Shown: positions 38,676-52,094, counted from the first letter of the stretch. The stretch is 64,000 nt of DNA from Eledone cirrhosa (GCA_964016885.1 OZ024747.1:59644001-59708000); one strand, 5' to 3'. Notes: generated from the letters alone by a model not told the origin. Made by a program: numbers and translations.

Positions 38676-38963
38676 ATATAAGTATATTTATTTTGAAAAT
38701 AAAATTAGCTTTCGCAGTATTTTGACTACAGAAGATAGTCTGAGAGGGCACACAACCCCCATCCCCCATAGCAGGGGCAGGGAAATGGGCTAATAACAGG
38801 GCACACAAGCCCCATAGCAGGGAAGAAAATGGGCAAGTGTTTTCCATTATATTGGCTTGTATATCCTGTTAATTAGACTTCTGTAGTCAAATTATGGTGG
38901 AAGCTTCTAATTCTGTTTTCAAAATGTTCAATCACTGCCATGTTCTAAACACGTCCTCACAGT

Positions 38964-39226
<263 letters not shown>

Positions 39227-40134
39227 AATCATATTTTGATAGTAAACATCAAAAGACAAACAAATAAACAGGTGAAAAAATGTTTTGTATTGTTACAATG
39301 CTAGCAAGAGTAAGTGAAATTCTTATATGTAATAACTTATGTGTGGGATACAGTTAAGTATTTTCTTAATATCTTAACATTAGTACAAATCTAAACATTT
39401 AATAAATTCTAAGTACAGATAAATGATTGTCTTAAGGCAAAAATATCTATAAAACAACAGAAATCGTCTAGACAACATTTTTAAATGAAAATCTCTCTAA
39501 CACCACTCACCTCTCTCTTTACAAGACTATGCTATTATATAATAACCCTTTCATTATATAATAACACTTTCCATTATTCATAATTACACCCCACATTACA
39601 TATTTGGAGGGTTTCTGGTTTTAGATTATTTTGTTTACTGCGAATGTAGGAGCATATGTTACTGTTGTTGCTGTGTTATTATTAACCCTTTAATTTCAAT
39701 TGAGCCAAAACCAGCTATCATCATCACTGTTTAACATCAATTTTTTCATGCTAGCATGTGTTAGACGAGTTGTCCTGTTGTGCGATAACCAGGTCGGAGG
39801 ACCATGTTTTGCTCACACAGAACTGATTTGGGCTTTGTTTCTACAGCTGGATGCCCTTCCTAATGCCAACCCGAGTGCTTTTTGTCATACCTACTGATGA
39901 AACAAAACTAACCATTTTAATAGGTTCTTATTTGATCTAAAATCTTCAAACATAATCTATATAAGAACCTTATGTTAAGTTACTATCTTAGTAATGAAAT
40001 AAATAATGATTTTAGTAAATCCCTCAAAATTCTTCATTAAGCCTTTTGATATTAACATAGCCAAAATCGCTTCTGGTTCTTATACAACAAACCCCCTATT
40101 TTAAAGGGGTTCTATTTAAATTAAAATCTTTCAA

Positions 40135-40582
40135 CATATACTGCTATGGTCACGAATTTTGGGTAATGACCAAAAGAATATGATTGCGAATACAAGCGGC
40201 CAAAATGGATTCCTCCAGAGGGTCTTTGGGGTAACGTTACTCGATAAAGTGGGTAACTCAGAGCTCAGAGAGTCACTCCAAGTAGAACTATTAATTCTCC
40301 AAATAGAGAGATCCCAACTCCGTTACTATCGGCATGTGGGTAGAATGTCTCAGGAAAGAATCGCTGGAGAGATTTTACGGTTGAAACCAACAGGTAGGAG
40401 ACCCCCCAGGGGTAGACCCCCCCAGGAGTAGACCCCGGCAAAGATGGATGGATAACATCCATGAGCTTGGGGATCCTTTTGGATCAGTTGGTGACAGTTG
40501 CTTCTGACAGGACCCGCTGGAAGGAGTGTTTGAGGACTCTGCCCCTAATGACCCACTCAGGAATAAGTGGGTGAAGAAAAGC
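40135..40582 (+). mobile_element. RTE-clade (Rex3/Expander-like) LINE 3' fragment
   Basis: CYGHEFWVMTKR...FLQRVFGVTLLDKVGNSELRESLQVELLILQIERSQLRYYRHVGRM...PTGRRPPRGRP...RWMDNI (frameshifted). Confidence 0.88.
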
Positions 40583-40589
40583 TACGCTG

Positions 40590-40591
<2 letters not shown>

Positions 40592-40633
<42 letters not shown>

Positions 40634-41385
40634 GCATACTCTGCTACACACACACACACATGCCTACTCTGTTACAAACACACACATACATTGCTACAAA
40701 CACACACATACATTGCTACACACACACACCTGCATACACTGCTACACATACATTGCTACACATACACACATGCATTCATTGCTACACACACACACACACA
40801 CACACACATGCATACATTGCTACACACACACACATGCATTCATTGCTACACATACACATGCATTCATTGCTACACACACATGCATTCATTGCTACACATA
40901 CACATGCATCCATTGCTACACACACATGCATTCATTGCTACACATACACATGCATTCATTGCTACACACACATGCATTCATTGCTACACATACACATGCA
41001 TCCATTGCTACACACACATGCATTCATTGCTACACATACACATGCATCCATTGCTACACACACACACATGCATTCATTGCAACACATACACACACATGCA
41101 TTCATTGCTACACACACACACACACATGCATTCATTGCTACACACACACATGCATTCATTGCAACACACACATGCATTCATTGCTACACAGACTACACAC
41201 ATGCATTCATTGCTACACACACACACACACATACATAGCTACACACACACACATATACATACTGCTTCACACACATACATACTGTTACTCACACATGCAT
41301 ACATTGTTACACACACACACATATATATATATATATTGCTACACACACATATACACTATTACACATATATATATATATACATTTC
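40592..41385. repeat. ~22-bp minisatellite CACATGCATTCATTGCTACACA derived from (CA)n
   Basis: Directly visible. Confidence 0.93.
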
Positions 41386-42696
41386 TATGTATGCATTACA
41401 TCTTAGTAAAGCACGGCTTCCAAAATAAAAGCTTTATTCAGAGAATCTGAAAGGAAATCTGTGCCAAGTGAAAAGGACATCTCTGTGAACCCAACCTGTC
41501 CTTATATTTCCATCGTTTGATCTCCCCTGTTCCATCTCATACCTTTCCCCTAATGCTTCTTTTTCCTGATTTAACAACAAAAAGGCATATTTTCCCTTTC
41601 ATGTTACTGCCTTAACTTGCTACTTTCACATGTGTTTATGTGTGTGTGTGCGTGCATGTGTGTTTTAATTCATTGAAAAAAAAAAAAAAATCAATGATTT
41701 TTTTTTTCCCTCTCTCTTAGAAAGCAAGTCATTAATTAATTCTGCTTCTGTTCTAAGGATTAATTGGCTTTCACTGTTATATCATTTTCCAGTGATCTCC
41801 TCTAGGAAAAGACCAGTTTAATCCAGAATTAATACATTCAACATTAATTAGTCATTTGAGAAAAAAGAAAGAGAAGAGAATTTTCTCAAGCCCTTATAAT
41901 TAATTTAAACCTCTTTAATAATTACTAGATTGCTTCTTTCTTATATTCTGTTGGCAATGGTTTCTGATACTACAGCTTCATGTCAGCTGTTGATGCTTTC
42001 ATCTTTCAAGTACTGCTTCTTTCTAATTCAGAAAATAGTTTAACCTTTTTATTACTATATTTCTAATGAAAGACACTGTCTATAATTTTCAAATAAGTTT
42101 TGAAAATAATCAAAAATTTTGAGGGATTTGATAGCATAAATTTATGATTTTAAAGCTGGTGTTTGGAGCATAACATGCCAGAATCACTACTTGCAAATCA
42201 CAAAGTAAAAAAAAATTATTTAGCATCTAATCAGAGATAGAAAGTTAAACAAAAAATCTAGCTTCTGCTATCTAGGCCAGTTAAAGAGGGAGAACAGCAG
42301 ATATCTTTGAGAAAAATGACATATAGAATTATATGGAAATTTTCCTTGATAAAATGTTTTTCTTTTATCCTTTTTTTGCCATAGTTCTAATAAAAAAACA
42401 CTACCCCTGGGCTTCATATCATTTTGAAAATAACCAAGAGAGTATTAGGAATATAACTTTCTCATTATTAAGTTGGTATTTTAGATAAATATAAACAGCT
42501 TATTATCATTGAACCATACGAGTTGCAGATGGTTTGTTATCAGAAATACTGAATGCTAGTAAAAACTGTTTAACATTTTTCATAATATACATGAGAAAAT
42601 GTGATGTTTATTATGTGTGAATTGCATGAAAGATTATTGGTTGAAGGGACTTTATGACACTAAAGGGCAGATAACTATTAAAAAGTGAGGTTATAC

Positions 42697-43048
42697 ACTC
42701 CACTATTATATGGTAACAAGTGCCACCTACTCCACTATTATATGGTAACAAGTGCCACCTACTCCACTATTATATGGTAACAAGTGCCACCCACTCCACT
42801 ATTATATGGTAACAAGTGCCACCTACTCCACTATTATATGGTAACAAGTGCCACCTACTCCACTATTATATGGTAACAAGTGTCACCCACTCCACTATTA
42901 TATAGCTCCATGTGCCACCCACTCCACTATTATATAGCTCCATGTGCCACCCACTCCACTAGTATATAGCTCCATGTGCCACCCACTCCACTAGTATATA
43001 GCTCCATGTGCCACCCACTCCACTAGTATATAGCTCCATGTGCCACCA
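42697..43048. repeat. 32-bp minisatellite, ~11 copies, two variant blocks
   Basis: ACTCCACTATTATATGGTAACAAGTGCCACC(T/C) x6, then ACTCCACTA(T/G)TATATAGCTCCATGTGCCACCC x5. Confidence 0.95.
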
Positions 43049-43189
43049 ATTTCTATATAACTACAAATGTCATCCATTTGACTGTTATATGACTACAGAT
43101 TAAATATGTTCAGTTTTTGTTTTTAACCTTTATCTTCTATAGTAGTTTTACATGTTACATAGTAACATGAACAATTCTGTTTTGTGATA

Positions 43190-43406
43190 TTAGCTTTTAA
43201 ACTGGCCATATCTGGCCAGAATTCTCTCACCTCTTTCTGTTCAAACTGGCCGTAACTAACCACTCCTACTTATGTTAAGGTATTGTTCTCAAAATAAATA
43301 ATAGCAAAACCTCGTAGATTCAATATTATGTGAGATAATTATGTGAGGTAAAGTCTTTACCATAAAAATACAATAGTATATATAGAGTAATGTAGATGCT
43401 AAAGGG
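43190..43406 (-). mobile_element. TTAA-flanked piggyBac-like MITE
   Basis: Reverse complement of the 17791 and 51598 copies; ends ATGCTAAAGGG|TTAA; the other terminus is clipped. Confidence 0.85.
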
Positions 43407-43964
43407 TTAAACATGAGGCAGTCGTGTGCTGTTGATTTATTTATGATTTGTTGATAAAGAAAATGTATTAAGTTATTTTTATTTCAGCATTGCATTTGTC
43501 ATAAGCTGATAGCCTGAGATTGGCCCTTTTAAGAACATCTTGTACAACTATCCTGTTGAATGAAATATAGAGCTAACCCTTCCCAACATGGAAAACATAA
43601 AACAGAACTAATGATAAACCAATAATAGTGCCAATAATGATATTAATGGTGATGTGTGAATCTCATGATTCTTCAAATTTTATTTATTGGTTCTGTAAAT
43701 TAATTATCTCAAAGTGTGACTCTCTTTGATAATGGAGAACAAGGCATCTAAATTTCATTTAGATCCTTTATTCTCTAAAGTGAAGGTTTTGGAATTATTT
43801 CACTTAATTACAGCCATGGAATTGGTTTTATGCTGTACTTTCTTACATTAATGAGACCTACTTACTGTCATAATCATACATGTATTGCTATGTAGACAGC
43901 ATCAAGCTTCACACTCCCTTCTTCTTCTCTACTAAAACTTTATCTACACTCAACCTCTATATCA

Positions 43965-45020
43965 CTCACTACTACGGTTGATCCTGTAGCAGTGGAGACA
44001 TCTGGTGTCATTGGCCCTAGGACCACCTCAGTACTCATCACCATCAGCACGGAGTTAGCTACCTATAGCAGTGGAGACTTCTGGGGTCCTTGGTCCTAGG
44101 ACCACCTCAGTACTCATCACCATCAGCACGGAGTTAGCTACCTATAGCAGTGGAGACTTCTGGGGTCCTTGGCCCTAGGACCACCTCAGTACTCATCACC
44201 ATCAGCACGGAGTTAGCTACCTATAGCAGTGGAGACTTCTGGGGTCCTTGGTCCTAGGACCACCTCAGTACTCATCACCATCAGCACGGAGTTAGCTACC
44301 TATAGCAGTGGAGACTTCTGGGGTCCTTGGTCCTAGGACCACCTCAGTACTCATCACCATCAGCACGGAGTTACTAGGACCACCTCAGTACTCATCACCA
44401 TCAGCACGGAGTTAGCTACATATAGCAGTGGAGACATCTGGTGTCATTGGCCCTAGGACCACCTCAGTACTCATCACCATCAGCACGGAGTTAGCTCAAT
44501 ATAGCAGTGGAGACTTCTGGGGTCCTTGGTCCTAGGACCACCTCAGTACTCATCACCATCAGCACGGAGTTAGCTACCTATAGCAGTGGAGACTTCTGGG
44601 GTCCTTGGTCCTAGGACCACCTCAGTACTCATCACCATCAGCACGGAGTTAGCTACATATAGCAGTGGAGACTTCTGGTGTCCTTGGTCCTAGGACCACC
44701 TCAGTACTCATCACCATCAGCACAGAGTTAGCTACATATAGCAGTGGAGACTTCTGGGGTCCTTGGTCCTAGGACCACCTCAGTACTCATCACCATCAGC
44801 ACGGAGTTAGCTACATATAGCAGTGGAGACTTCTGGGGTCCTTGGCCCTGGGACCACCTCAGTACTCATCACCATAGAGTTGGCTGCCCACAGGTGTGAG
44901 CTTTGTGAGGCTGAAATGGCTGTTTCAGGGCGTCTCCCTCACCATCCTTCGGGGACACGCCTTCTCTATTCTGTCTGCCAGGGCTGCAGGGTGGCCAATG
45001 CATGGACCCACATTTGCTTA
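43965..45020 (+). mobile_element. CRE-like retrotransposon 3' remnant whose internal 79 bp is tandemly amplified
   Basis: Unit translates PIAVETSGVLGPRTTSVLITISTELA. The right flank gives ELAAHRCELCEAE then, after a frameshift, WLFQGVSLTILRGHAFSIL. Both align with the 48442-48852 protein. Confidence 0.78.
43983..44880. repeat. 79-bp satellite, ~11.5 copies
   Basis: Unit starts at 43983, 44062, 44141, 44220, 44299 and onward; one internally deleted unit near 44375. Confidence 0.97.
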
Positions 45021-45309
45021 TAATAGCGAGAGATGGGGAGGGTAGGAGAGGTGGAAGCAGTAACAGTGGAAGTTTGGTTCCTTTGTGTTTGTTCAGACCT
45101 GGTGTATATGTATATATTTATTTACTACACCACATATACAAACGTATATATATATACATACATGTGAACACACACACACACATATATATACACACACACA
45201 CACACATATATACACATATACACAGACATATATACACATATCCACACATACACAGATATATAAATACATATACACAGATATATATATATATACACAGATA
45301 TACACTCAG

Positions 45310-45340
<31 letters not shown>

Positions 45341-45780
45341 GATACATACAGATATACACACATACAATAGACACACTTATATAAATATATGTATTACTAT
45401 GTAGATGATGATGATAGCATGTTTTATATTTCCATCTGTGTCCTGACTATAGACACATAAAACTTCAACAACTCTCACTAGAAATAAACAGATTCCTTGT
45501 AAAGATCTTTCAAGGGTGACATGACAATTCAAGCAAATTCTGCAACTTTAACCTTTCCTAATGAAATAACCATGCTTTTGATTTTCAAATAGTTATGAAA
45601 ATAATCAAGAATTTGGAATGATTAGTAGTATAACTAACTTTCTTATCATCCATCAATGTTTGGAGCATTACTTAAAGGTTTTAAGTATGATAAACATTTT
45701 TCAGACAAATATAAACACTTTAAAATAAACAGTTTGTGTTTTAGAACTGTGTGTGGTTTCAGGTAGTTTTTTTTTTCTTC

Positions 45781-45874
45781 TCCTTCTTTGCCTACTTATT
45801 CCTGAGAGGGTCATTGGGGCAGAATCCTCAAACACTCCTTCTAGTGTTTGAGGATTCTGCCCCAATGACCCTCT
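45781..45874 (-). mobile_element. Very short RTE LINE 3' end with fold-back (perfect 32-bp inverted repeat)
   Basis: Arms 45805-45836 and 45843-45874 are exact reverse complements, loop CCTTCT. The sequence matches the LINE 3' end at 40520-40575. Confidence 0.85.
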
Positions 45875-47805
45875 ATTTTTTGCTCCATTAATTTAAGAAA
45901 GTGAGAATATTTGCTATTTAAAATTTCACACCTGAGCAAACTTTTATTTTATTAAAAAAAGAGACTTTTTTTAATACTGAATTTTATTGTTTAATAACCA
46001 AAGATTGTTAAGAAACACAGAGAATATTTATATGCAACGTCATTTATTGTCTAAAGTATGCAGAGTTTATTTGGTTGATGGGCCATAGCTTGCCTACCCT
46101 TGATTTAAATAATCAATTGAAATTAAATTTAGTTATTTTGTTACAAAATTCATCTGATCTGGTAAAGTAAAATGCTAATTGATTTCATCATTAATCTCAC
46201 TGGACCCTTTGTACCCTCTTTCGTTAATCACACTTTACATGAACTACTTTCAATTAACAAATATTCCCTCCCCCTTTTTCATTTTCTGTTATAAAGAATG
46301 GTGCTTTCATGTTCCTCTAGTTTCCTGTAATAAATTCATGTGTTTGTGTTTAATTTACCTTTTGAAGGGAATAATCCTTTTATTATATGAGAAAATAATA
46401 GAGAATAATTAGAAATGATCTTCCCAATTATTCCGTTTAATTATCTATTCATGAATTATATGCACAATTTTAGGGAGAAAATGTCTGATTTTAATATTCT
46501 ATTTCAATTAGGAATAATTTTCTTGTTAGAATTTAATTTATTTTTAATCAATCAATCAATTTAACGTGTTTTGAATTTCCATAATGATTATATTTCCTTC
46601 TAGATCTGTCGAAAGAATCAAATTCTTTTCTTTTATTGTAGCTTTATTTTTTATTCTTTATTTTATTTATCCTTTTTATTTTTGAATTAGAATATTATAA
46701 ACATTTTCCCTTTCTTCCCTGATCATTGAGTTCCATTGGGTTTCACTCATCCATGATAATGTTTAGAATATGTGACATTAAACATCCTTTTTAAGAAGCT
46801 TGCAGGTGGGCAGACTTAAAAGGCATTTTTTTTTTCTTTAAAAGATGTGTTTTCTCCATCTTATTCAATAAGCTCATTTTGAAATCCTCAATAATTACTA
46901 GTGGAAGAAACCACACCTTTTGAACTGTCTTTAATTGATTTCAATTAAAAATTCTTGTTTTTCCCTTGTTTATAATTTCAGATTTGTTTGTTAAAAATTA
47001 AATGACTTTATAACAAAAAAAAAAAAAATGTCTGTTTACAATTTCGATATCTTCCTCCATTACACAAGAGTTATAGATTCTTCTGGATTACTGCGGTTTA
47101 TATATAAATCTACTTTGTTTAGTAGCCATGTTATTTTTATATGTTTCCTTCTTTTCCACCCCCTACCTGAACTGGCCCATAGCTCTTCATCAATATAGCA
47201 TTCATGACGGTAACATTCATTCTTAGACGTATCATGAATTGTCTTCAAAAGCAATTCTGCTGATGGCTGCTATAGAAATAAGTTGGCTGTTCAATATTAT
47301 TGGCTTTACAAATCTTTCAAACAACACTCGCCTTAAGCCAATTACATTTAATTTAATTCAGTTTATACAAGTTATTTTTTTTATTTTTATTAATTTCTAA
47401 ACAAATTTAAAAAAAATTTTTTTTTTTTTAGAAAATACGATAAATTCTGTTCGACAGCTTCAGGTTATGAAAAATACTTCATTCTCTGTTTTATATGCTA
47501 AAGACAAGTAGATGCATGCAAAGTGATTACTGCAATTGCATTATTGCAACAGGAAATCATTTTGAACCTTTCTATTTTATTAAGAAAAAATGTAATGTAA
47601 TGTAAATAAACAGAAATTTTCATAACTATATAATTCTAATGCAATTTCTTAGATTTATTTTATTATTTTATTCTTTTACTGGTTTTTGTCATTAGACTAT
47701 GGCCATACTGGGGCACTGAAAAATTGTAGTCAATCATATTTTAGTACCTATTATATCAATTTTGTTTTTCATCTAATCACTGTTATGGGACACATACACA
47801 CACAT

Positions 47806-47844
<39 letters not shown>

Positions 47845-48024
47845 GTGGATTTCTGTAATTTCCGTCAACAAAATTCAACTCACAAGACATTGTATTCGTA
47901 TTTGCACAATTGTTTTTCTTTTTCCATACAATCTCATTTAAACCAAGCTGATGATCAGACTAAGGTGAAACAATTGTTCTTTTAAATGGTGAATTAACTG
48001 TTGTGGAATTACATATATATATAT

Positions 48025-48852
48025 AACCCATGCCATGAGTTGGGCTTGTCTCTTCCTGAGAAGGTGGAGGACAGTCGAAGTCAGAGAACTTGGGACAGCA
48101 TAAGTTCGAAGACCACCTTTGACTCCCTCTTCATCCAGTCAGATCAGTTTGCAAGGTACCACTTACTATCTGCCAGCGCCAAGTACTCAGGCAACTGGGT
48201 TGATGCCCTACCCATGGCCAACGTCGGTGGCCTACTCAGCCTGGACAAACTTTGTGTCTCCATCGCTCTCAGAGTGAGAGCTGACGTCTGCATGGGTTTG
48301 AGGTGCCGATGCGGCAAATTCTTCGACTCCACGGGCCTCCATGGTCTTTCTTGCCACCTGAATGCCGGCCGCTTCACGCATCACACGGAGCTAAACCTCA
48401 TTCTGAAGAGTGCTTTGGCCTGAGCGAACATCCCCTCAGTCTTGGAACCATCTGGGTTGTCTAGAAGTGATGGCAAAAGACCTGACGGCCTTACCCTGTG
48501 CCCCTGGTCGAGAGGCAGGTGTCTTGTCTGGGACGTCAGTGTTAGTGACTCTTTTGCTCTTTCCCACATCCTGGATGCTGCGGTTAGGACGAGAGCCACA
48601 GCTTCTGCAGCCGAGCGGAGTAAGACCCTCAAATACTCTGATCTGTCGGCCAGCTACATTTTTCAGCCTGTGGCTTTTGAGGCGTTTGGGGGAGTTGGGC
48701 CACTGACTACGAGGTTCCTCTCTTCACTGGCGGCTTACCTAATAGAGGTAACTGGCGAATTTCATGAGGATGCTTGGCTGTTCCAGCATATTAACCTCGC
48801 CATCATCCGAGGCAACGCTGTGAGTGTACTGGCTTGCCTAAAACATCATTAG
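48025..48852 (+). pseudogene. C-terminal part of a CRE-clade non-LTR retrotransposon ORF (Zn knuckle plus restriction-like endonuclease), one premature stop
   Basis: ORFs 48001-48423 and 48442-48852 share one frame, split by TGA at 48421. Motifs: SGNWVDALP, CRCG...GLHGLSC, EPSGL...DGKRPDG, VWDV, K..KY, FQPVAFE, LFQ.I.LAI.RGNA. Confidence 0.85.
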
Positions 48853-49128
48853 AGAGGTTTCCCAGTACTCCTTGCGACATTGCTGTCTTTTGCTCTGGTG
48901 TTGGCTCGGTTGTTCACCCCTTCCTTTACATTTCCTTTAATATTGTAACATTAAAAGAATATATCTTTCTGAATGAATCGCGAGTTGTAATGTTATTTAT
49001 GTATATATTTAAAACATATTTGTTATGTTATTCTACTGTAAATTTATTTATATGCTCTATTTATATTTTCCTTCTGAAAGAATTGCAAACGATTTGTAAT
49101 GTTATTTATACAACTATGAATAAATAAA
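48025..49128 (+). mobile_element. 5'-truncated CRE-like retrotransposon with AT-rich 3' UTR (3' boundary uncertain)
   Basis: A GC-richer island begins abruptly after a short (TA)n run; AATAAATAAA at ~49119 is a plausible end. Confidence 0.7.
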
Positions 49129-49222
49129 TCCATGCCAGTGTGGAAAAATTGATGTAAAACGATGATATATACAATTAAGGTATTCATAAATATATTGTAT
49201 ATCACTAGATATGCAAAATACT

Positions 49223-49253
<31 letters not shown>

Positions 49254-50756
49254 TTTTTTCTGCATGCATACCTGTTTCTTTAAAGAATTATGAGAAAAGG
49301 AGAAAGTGTATTATTTCTGTGATGGCTAACTAGACAATGGCTTAGCATGTTATCTTGTATCATGAGACTTAAAGAAAAGCTTTGTTTCCATACAAAGAGC
49401 CTTCATTGTCATTTGTAGTATAATAGAAGTGAGATCTCCTTCTACACAACTCTGGACAATAACAATTGTGAAAACACTCATCTTTATTGGCTGTTATGAT
49501 AATGGAGGAAACTGATAGCTATAATTAATAGTGATGGCACTACATCTGTTAATGAAACCTTGGTTATTGTCTTTTAATTAGGTGTGAAGAATGAAAACAT
49601 CCATCAATTTCACACTTACATGGAGGTGACAGGATCAAATGATTCGTTGTAGTTTGAGAGGATTAGTAGAGCATGTGGATTCACTTGTTTTCTGAAGACC
49701 TTCATATTAAAATAGCTTTAAATACCTGACACAGATTTATTTCATTTATTGATTTTTATAGTGAGTATTTTCTTCTTTCTTTTTGTATTAAAAGTAACAA
49801 ATGGCATAAAAGATTAAAACAACAGTTATTATTTTCTGACATCTAAATTTATTTTTTTCGCGTGAGTTACCATTTTATCGAGATTACGTTAATAGTAAAA
49901 TAGTGGCAGATTACTAACTGGGTAGCCAAACCTTCAAACTTTCCCCAACCATTATGACAGTTGTGGTTTAGCCAGAGTTCAAAGCTTATCAGTAGACAAA
50001 GGGGGCTTTTTCTTTGTCTATCAGAGATTAAATAGTCCATTGTCATCACTGATTAATGGCTATCTTCCATGCATGGGTTTGACAGGCTGTCATGTTCTGA
50101 GATTAGAGAGGTCAGGTGAGCACTCCTTGTTCATACATTCTGTTTGGGACATGGTTTCTATGGCTGGATGCCCTTCCTAATGCCACCAATTTTACAGCAT
50201 GTACTGGAACCTTTTTATTTTGTCTCACTATTATTATTACCTTGCAAGGTGGACTGGGAGTTTTTTATCATAGCACCAGCACTATCACTTTAGAGTGGGC
50301 TGTGTATGTTTTATTAAGGTACCAACATGACCATATTACAGAGTGGAGAGGGTATATTTTATTGTGGCACTAGCATTATTCCATTACAACATTAGGACAC
50401 TCATTGTGTCCTCAGCCTGGATGGAGAAATTTGTGGTGGGAATGGTGTCAGATGAGTAGTGGGGAGGCAGGTTGTGTGTTGCTTACCTTATGACTTGATC
50501 ATCCCGGAATGGTAGAGCAAGGGTTATGTTAAGATGGCCTTGAAGGGAGTGAGTATTATATTATGGGGTGTTGTATTTCCATGTTGGGATGGGTTGCACA
50601 GGGAAGGTAAATTGGGGTTGTAAGTATAAAGTGTAGCACAGCATGGGTTGGGCATAAGTGAATCAAAGGTGTGTGTAAGGGAGGACCTGCCATGGATTGA
50701 ATGGAGAGGTGGATTGGAGGTGTGTGTAAGAGGATAAATATCATTGTTTAGAAGGT

Positions 50757-51115
50757 GAATCATCATCATCATCGTTTTTATGTCTGCTTTTCCATGCTTG
50801 CATGGGTTGGATGGGTCCTTCTCAGCACAGTATCTTTCCACTTGCCATGTTCCTTCGTTATCTCCTCTGCCAGTCATAGTCATTTGAGGTCTACTCTCAA
50901 CATTTGCCGAGGTCTTTCTTGGTAATCTTCTACTGCGGCTTCTTTTCACTGCAATTTCCTGGTATTTCTTCACTCATTAGTCATTGTCCATGCACATCAC
51001 ATGTCCATACCAATGCAGTCTTCTCTCCAGCACACCATCTCAGATTCCCCTTAAGCCCAGCTTCTCTCTTACCTCATCCAAGCTCTGCTTTTCTCTCATA
51101 TTTACATTGCACATG
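50757..51115 (-). mobile_element. RTE-clade LINE 3' fragment
   Basis: Minus translation LDEVREKLGLRGI*DGVLERRLHWYGHVMCMD; tail CCATGCAAGCATGGAAAAGCAGACATAAAAAC(GAT)n. Confidence 0.8.
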
Positions 51116-51597
51116 AATGGGGTGCTCAGCTTATATTTGGATTCCATATTTTGACAATTTTCACCTTCAAATTTTACATAAATAAGGTGCTAAAATATCT
51201 GGAGTGATTATTCCACAATGAAACAGTTTTTCTACATTTCCTATATCGTCTGGAGTATAATTTATGCATTGCCTTGAGAACATTCCCAGAAAGTTTTATT
51301 ACTTGAACTTTTTATTATATAAATCTCCCCTACATATAAACACATACATCCACACGTGTACATAAACGTTCTGTGTCTTATGTAATTATACTTTTAAAAA
51401 AATCTTGTTTTGATTTATTTTTCTCTCTCTTCTCTCACTCTCGCCCTCTATTTTTCTCACTCTACCTCTCCTCTCTCTCACTTGCTGTAAAAAAATCTAC
51501 CTAAAGCATTAATACTTGTACAACATTAAATTTTCATTCAATGTGTATATTAAAATAAATCTGTTATATTCAGGAGATGACACTATTGTCTGCTTAA

Positions 51598-51829
51598 CCC
51601 TTTAGCATTTACATTACTCTATATATATTATTGTACTTTTGTGGTAAATGTTTTATCTTACATAATATCTTACATAATATCTCACATAATATCGAATCTA
51701 CGAGATTTTGACATTATCTATTTTGAGAACAATACCTTCACATCAGTATAAGTGGCCAGTTACGGTTGGTTTGAACAGAAATAGGTGAGAGAATTCTGCC
51801 CGGATATGGCTGGTTTAAATGCTAAAGGG
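51598..51829 (+). mobile_element. TTAA-flanked piggyBac-like MITE (232 bp), best-preserved copy
   Basis: TTAA (51594-51597) | CCCTTTAGCATTTA...TAAATGCTAAAGGG | TTAA (51830-51833); perfect 14-bp TIR. Confidence 0.92.
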
Positions 51830-52094
51830 TTAAAAAATAAATAAAACAAAGTGCTCCCAACATTTGAGTAACTGAAATTAAACAAAAATTTGAGAAACTT
51901 GAAACTTTATAAAATGGATGAAATGGTAAAACAGTCATTTATAGTGGAATGGTGAAACAAAAACTTTATTCTAAATGACACTTAAAACACTTTAAATATC
52001 AGAATATTAAAACTTTGTAAATATTTTCTCCACTCATGAGAATTTCAAAACAGTGCCCTAATGTGTTGATTAGCTGCCTTGGCTTATAAACAAC

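Noticed and set aside
43983-44880. 79-bp array as CRISPR-like repeat-spacer structure next to an endonuclease
   Set aside because: No variable spacers; the whole unit is repeated and derives from a retrotransposon ORF.
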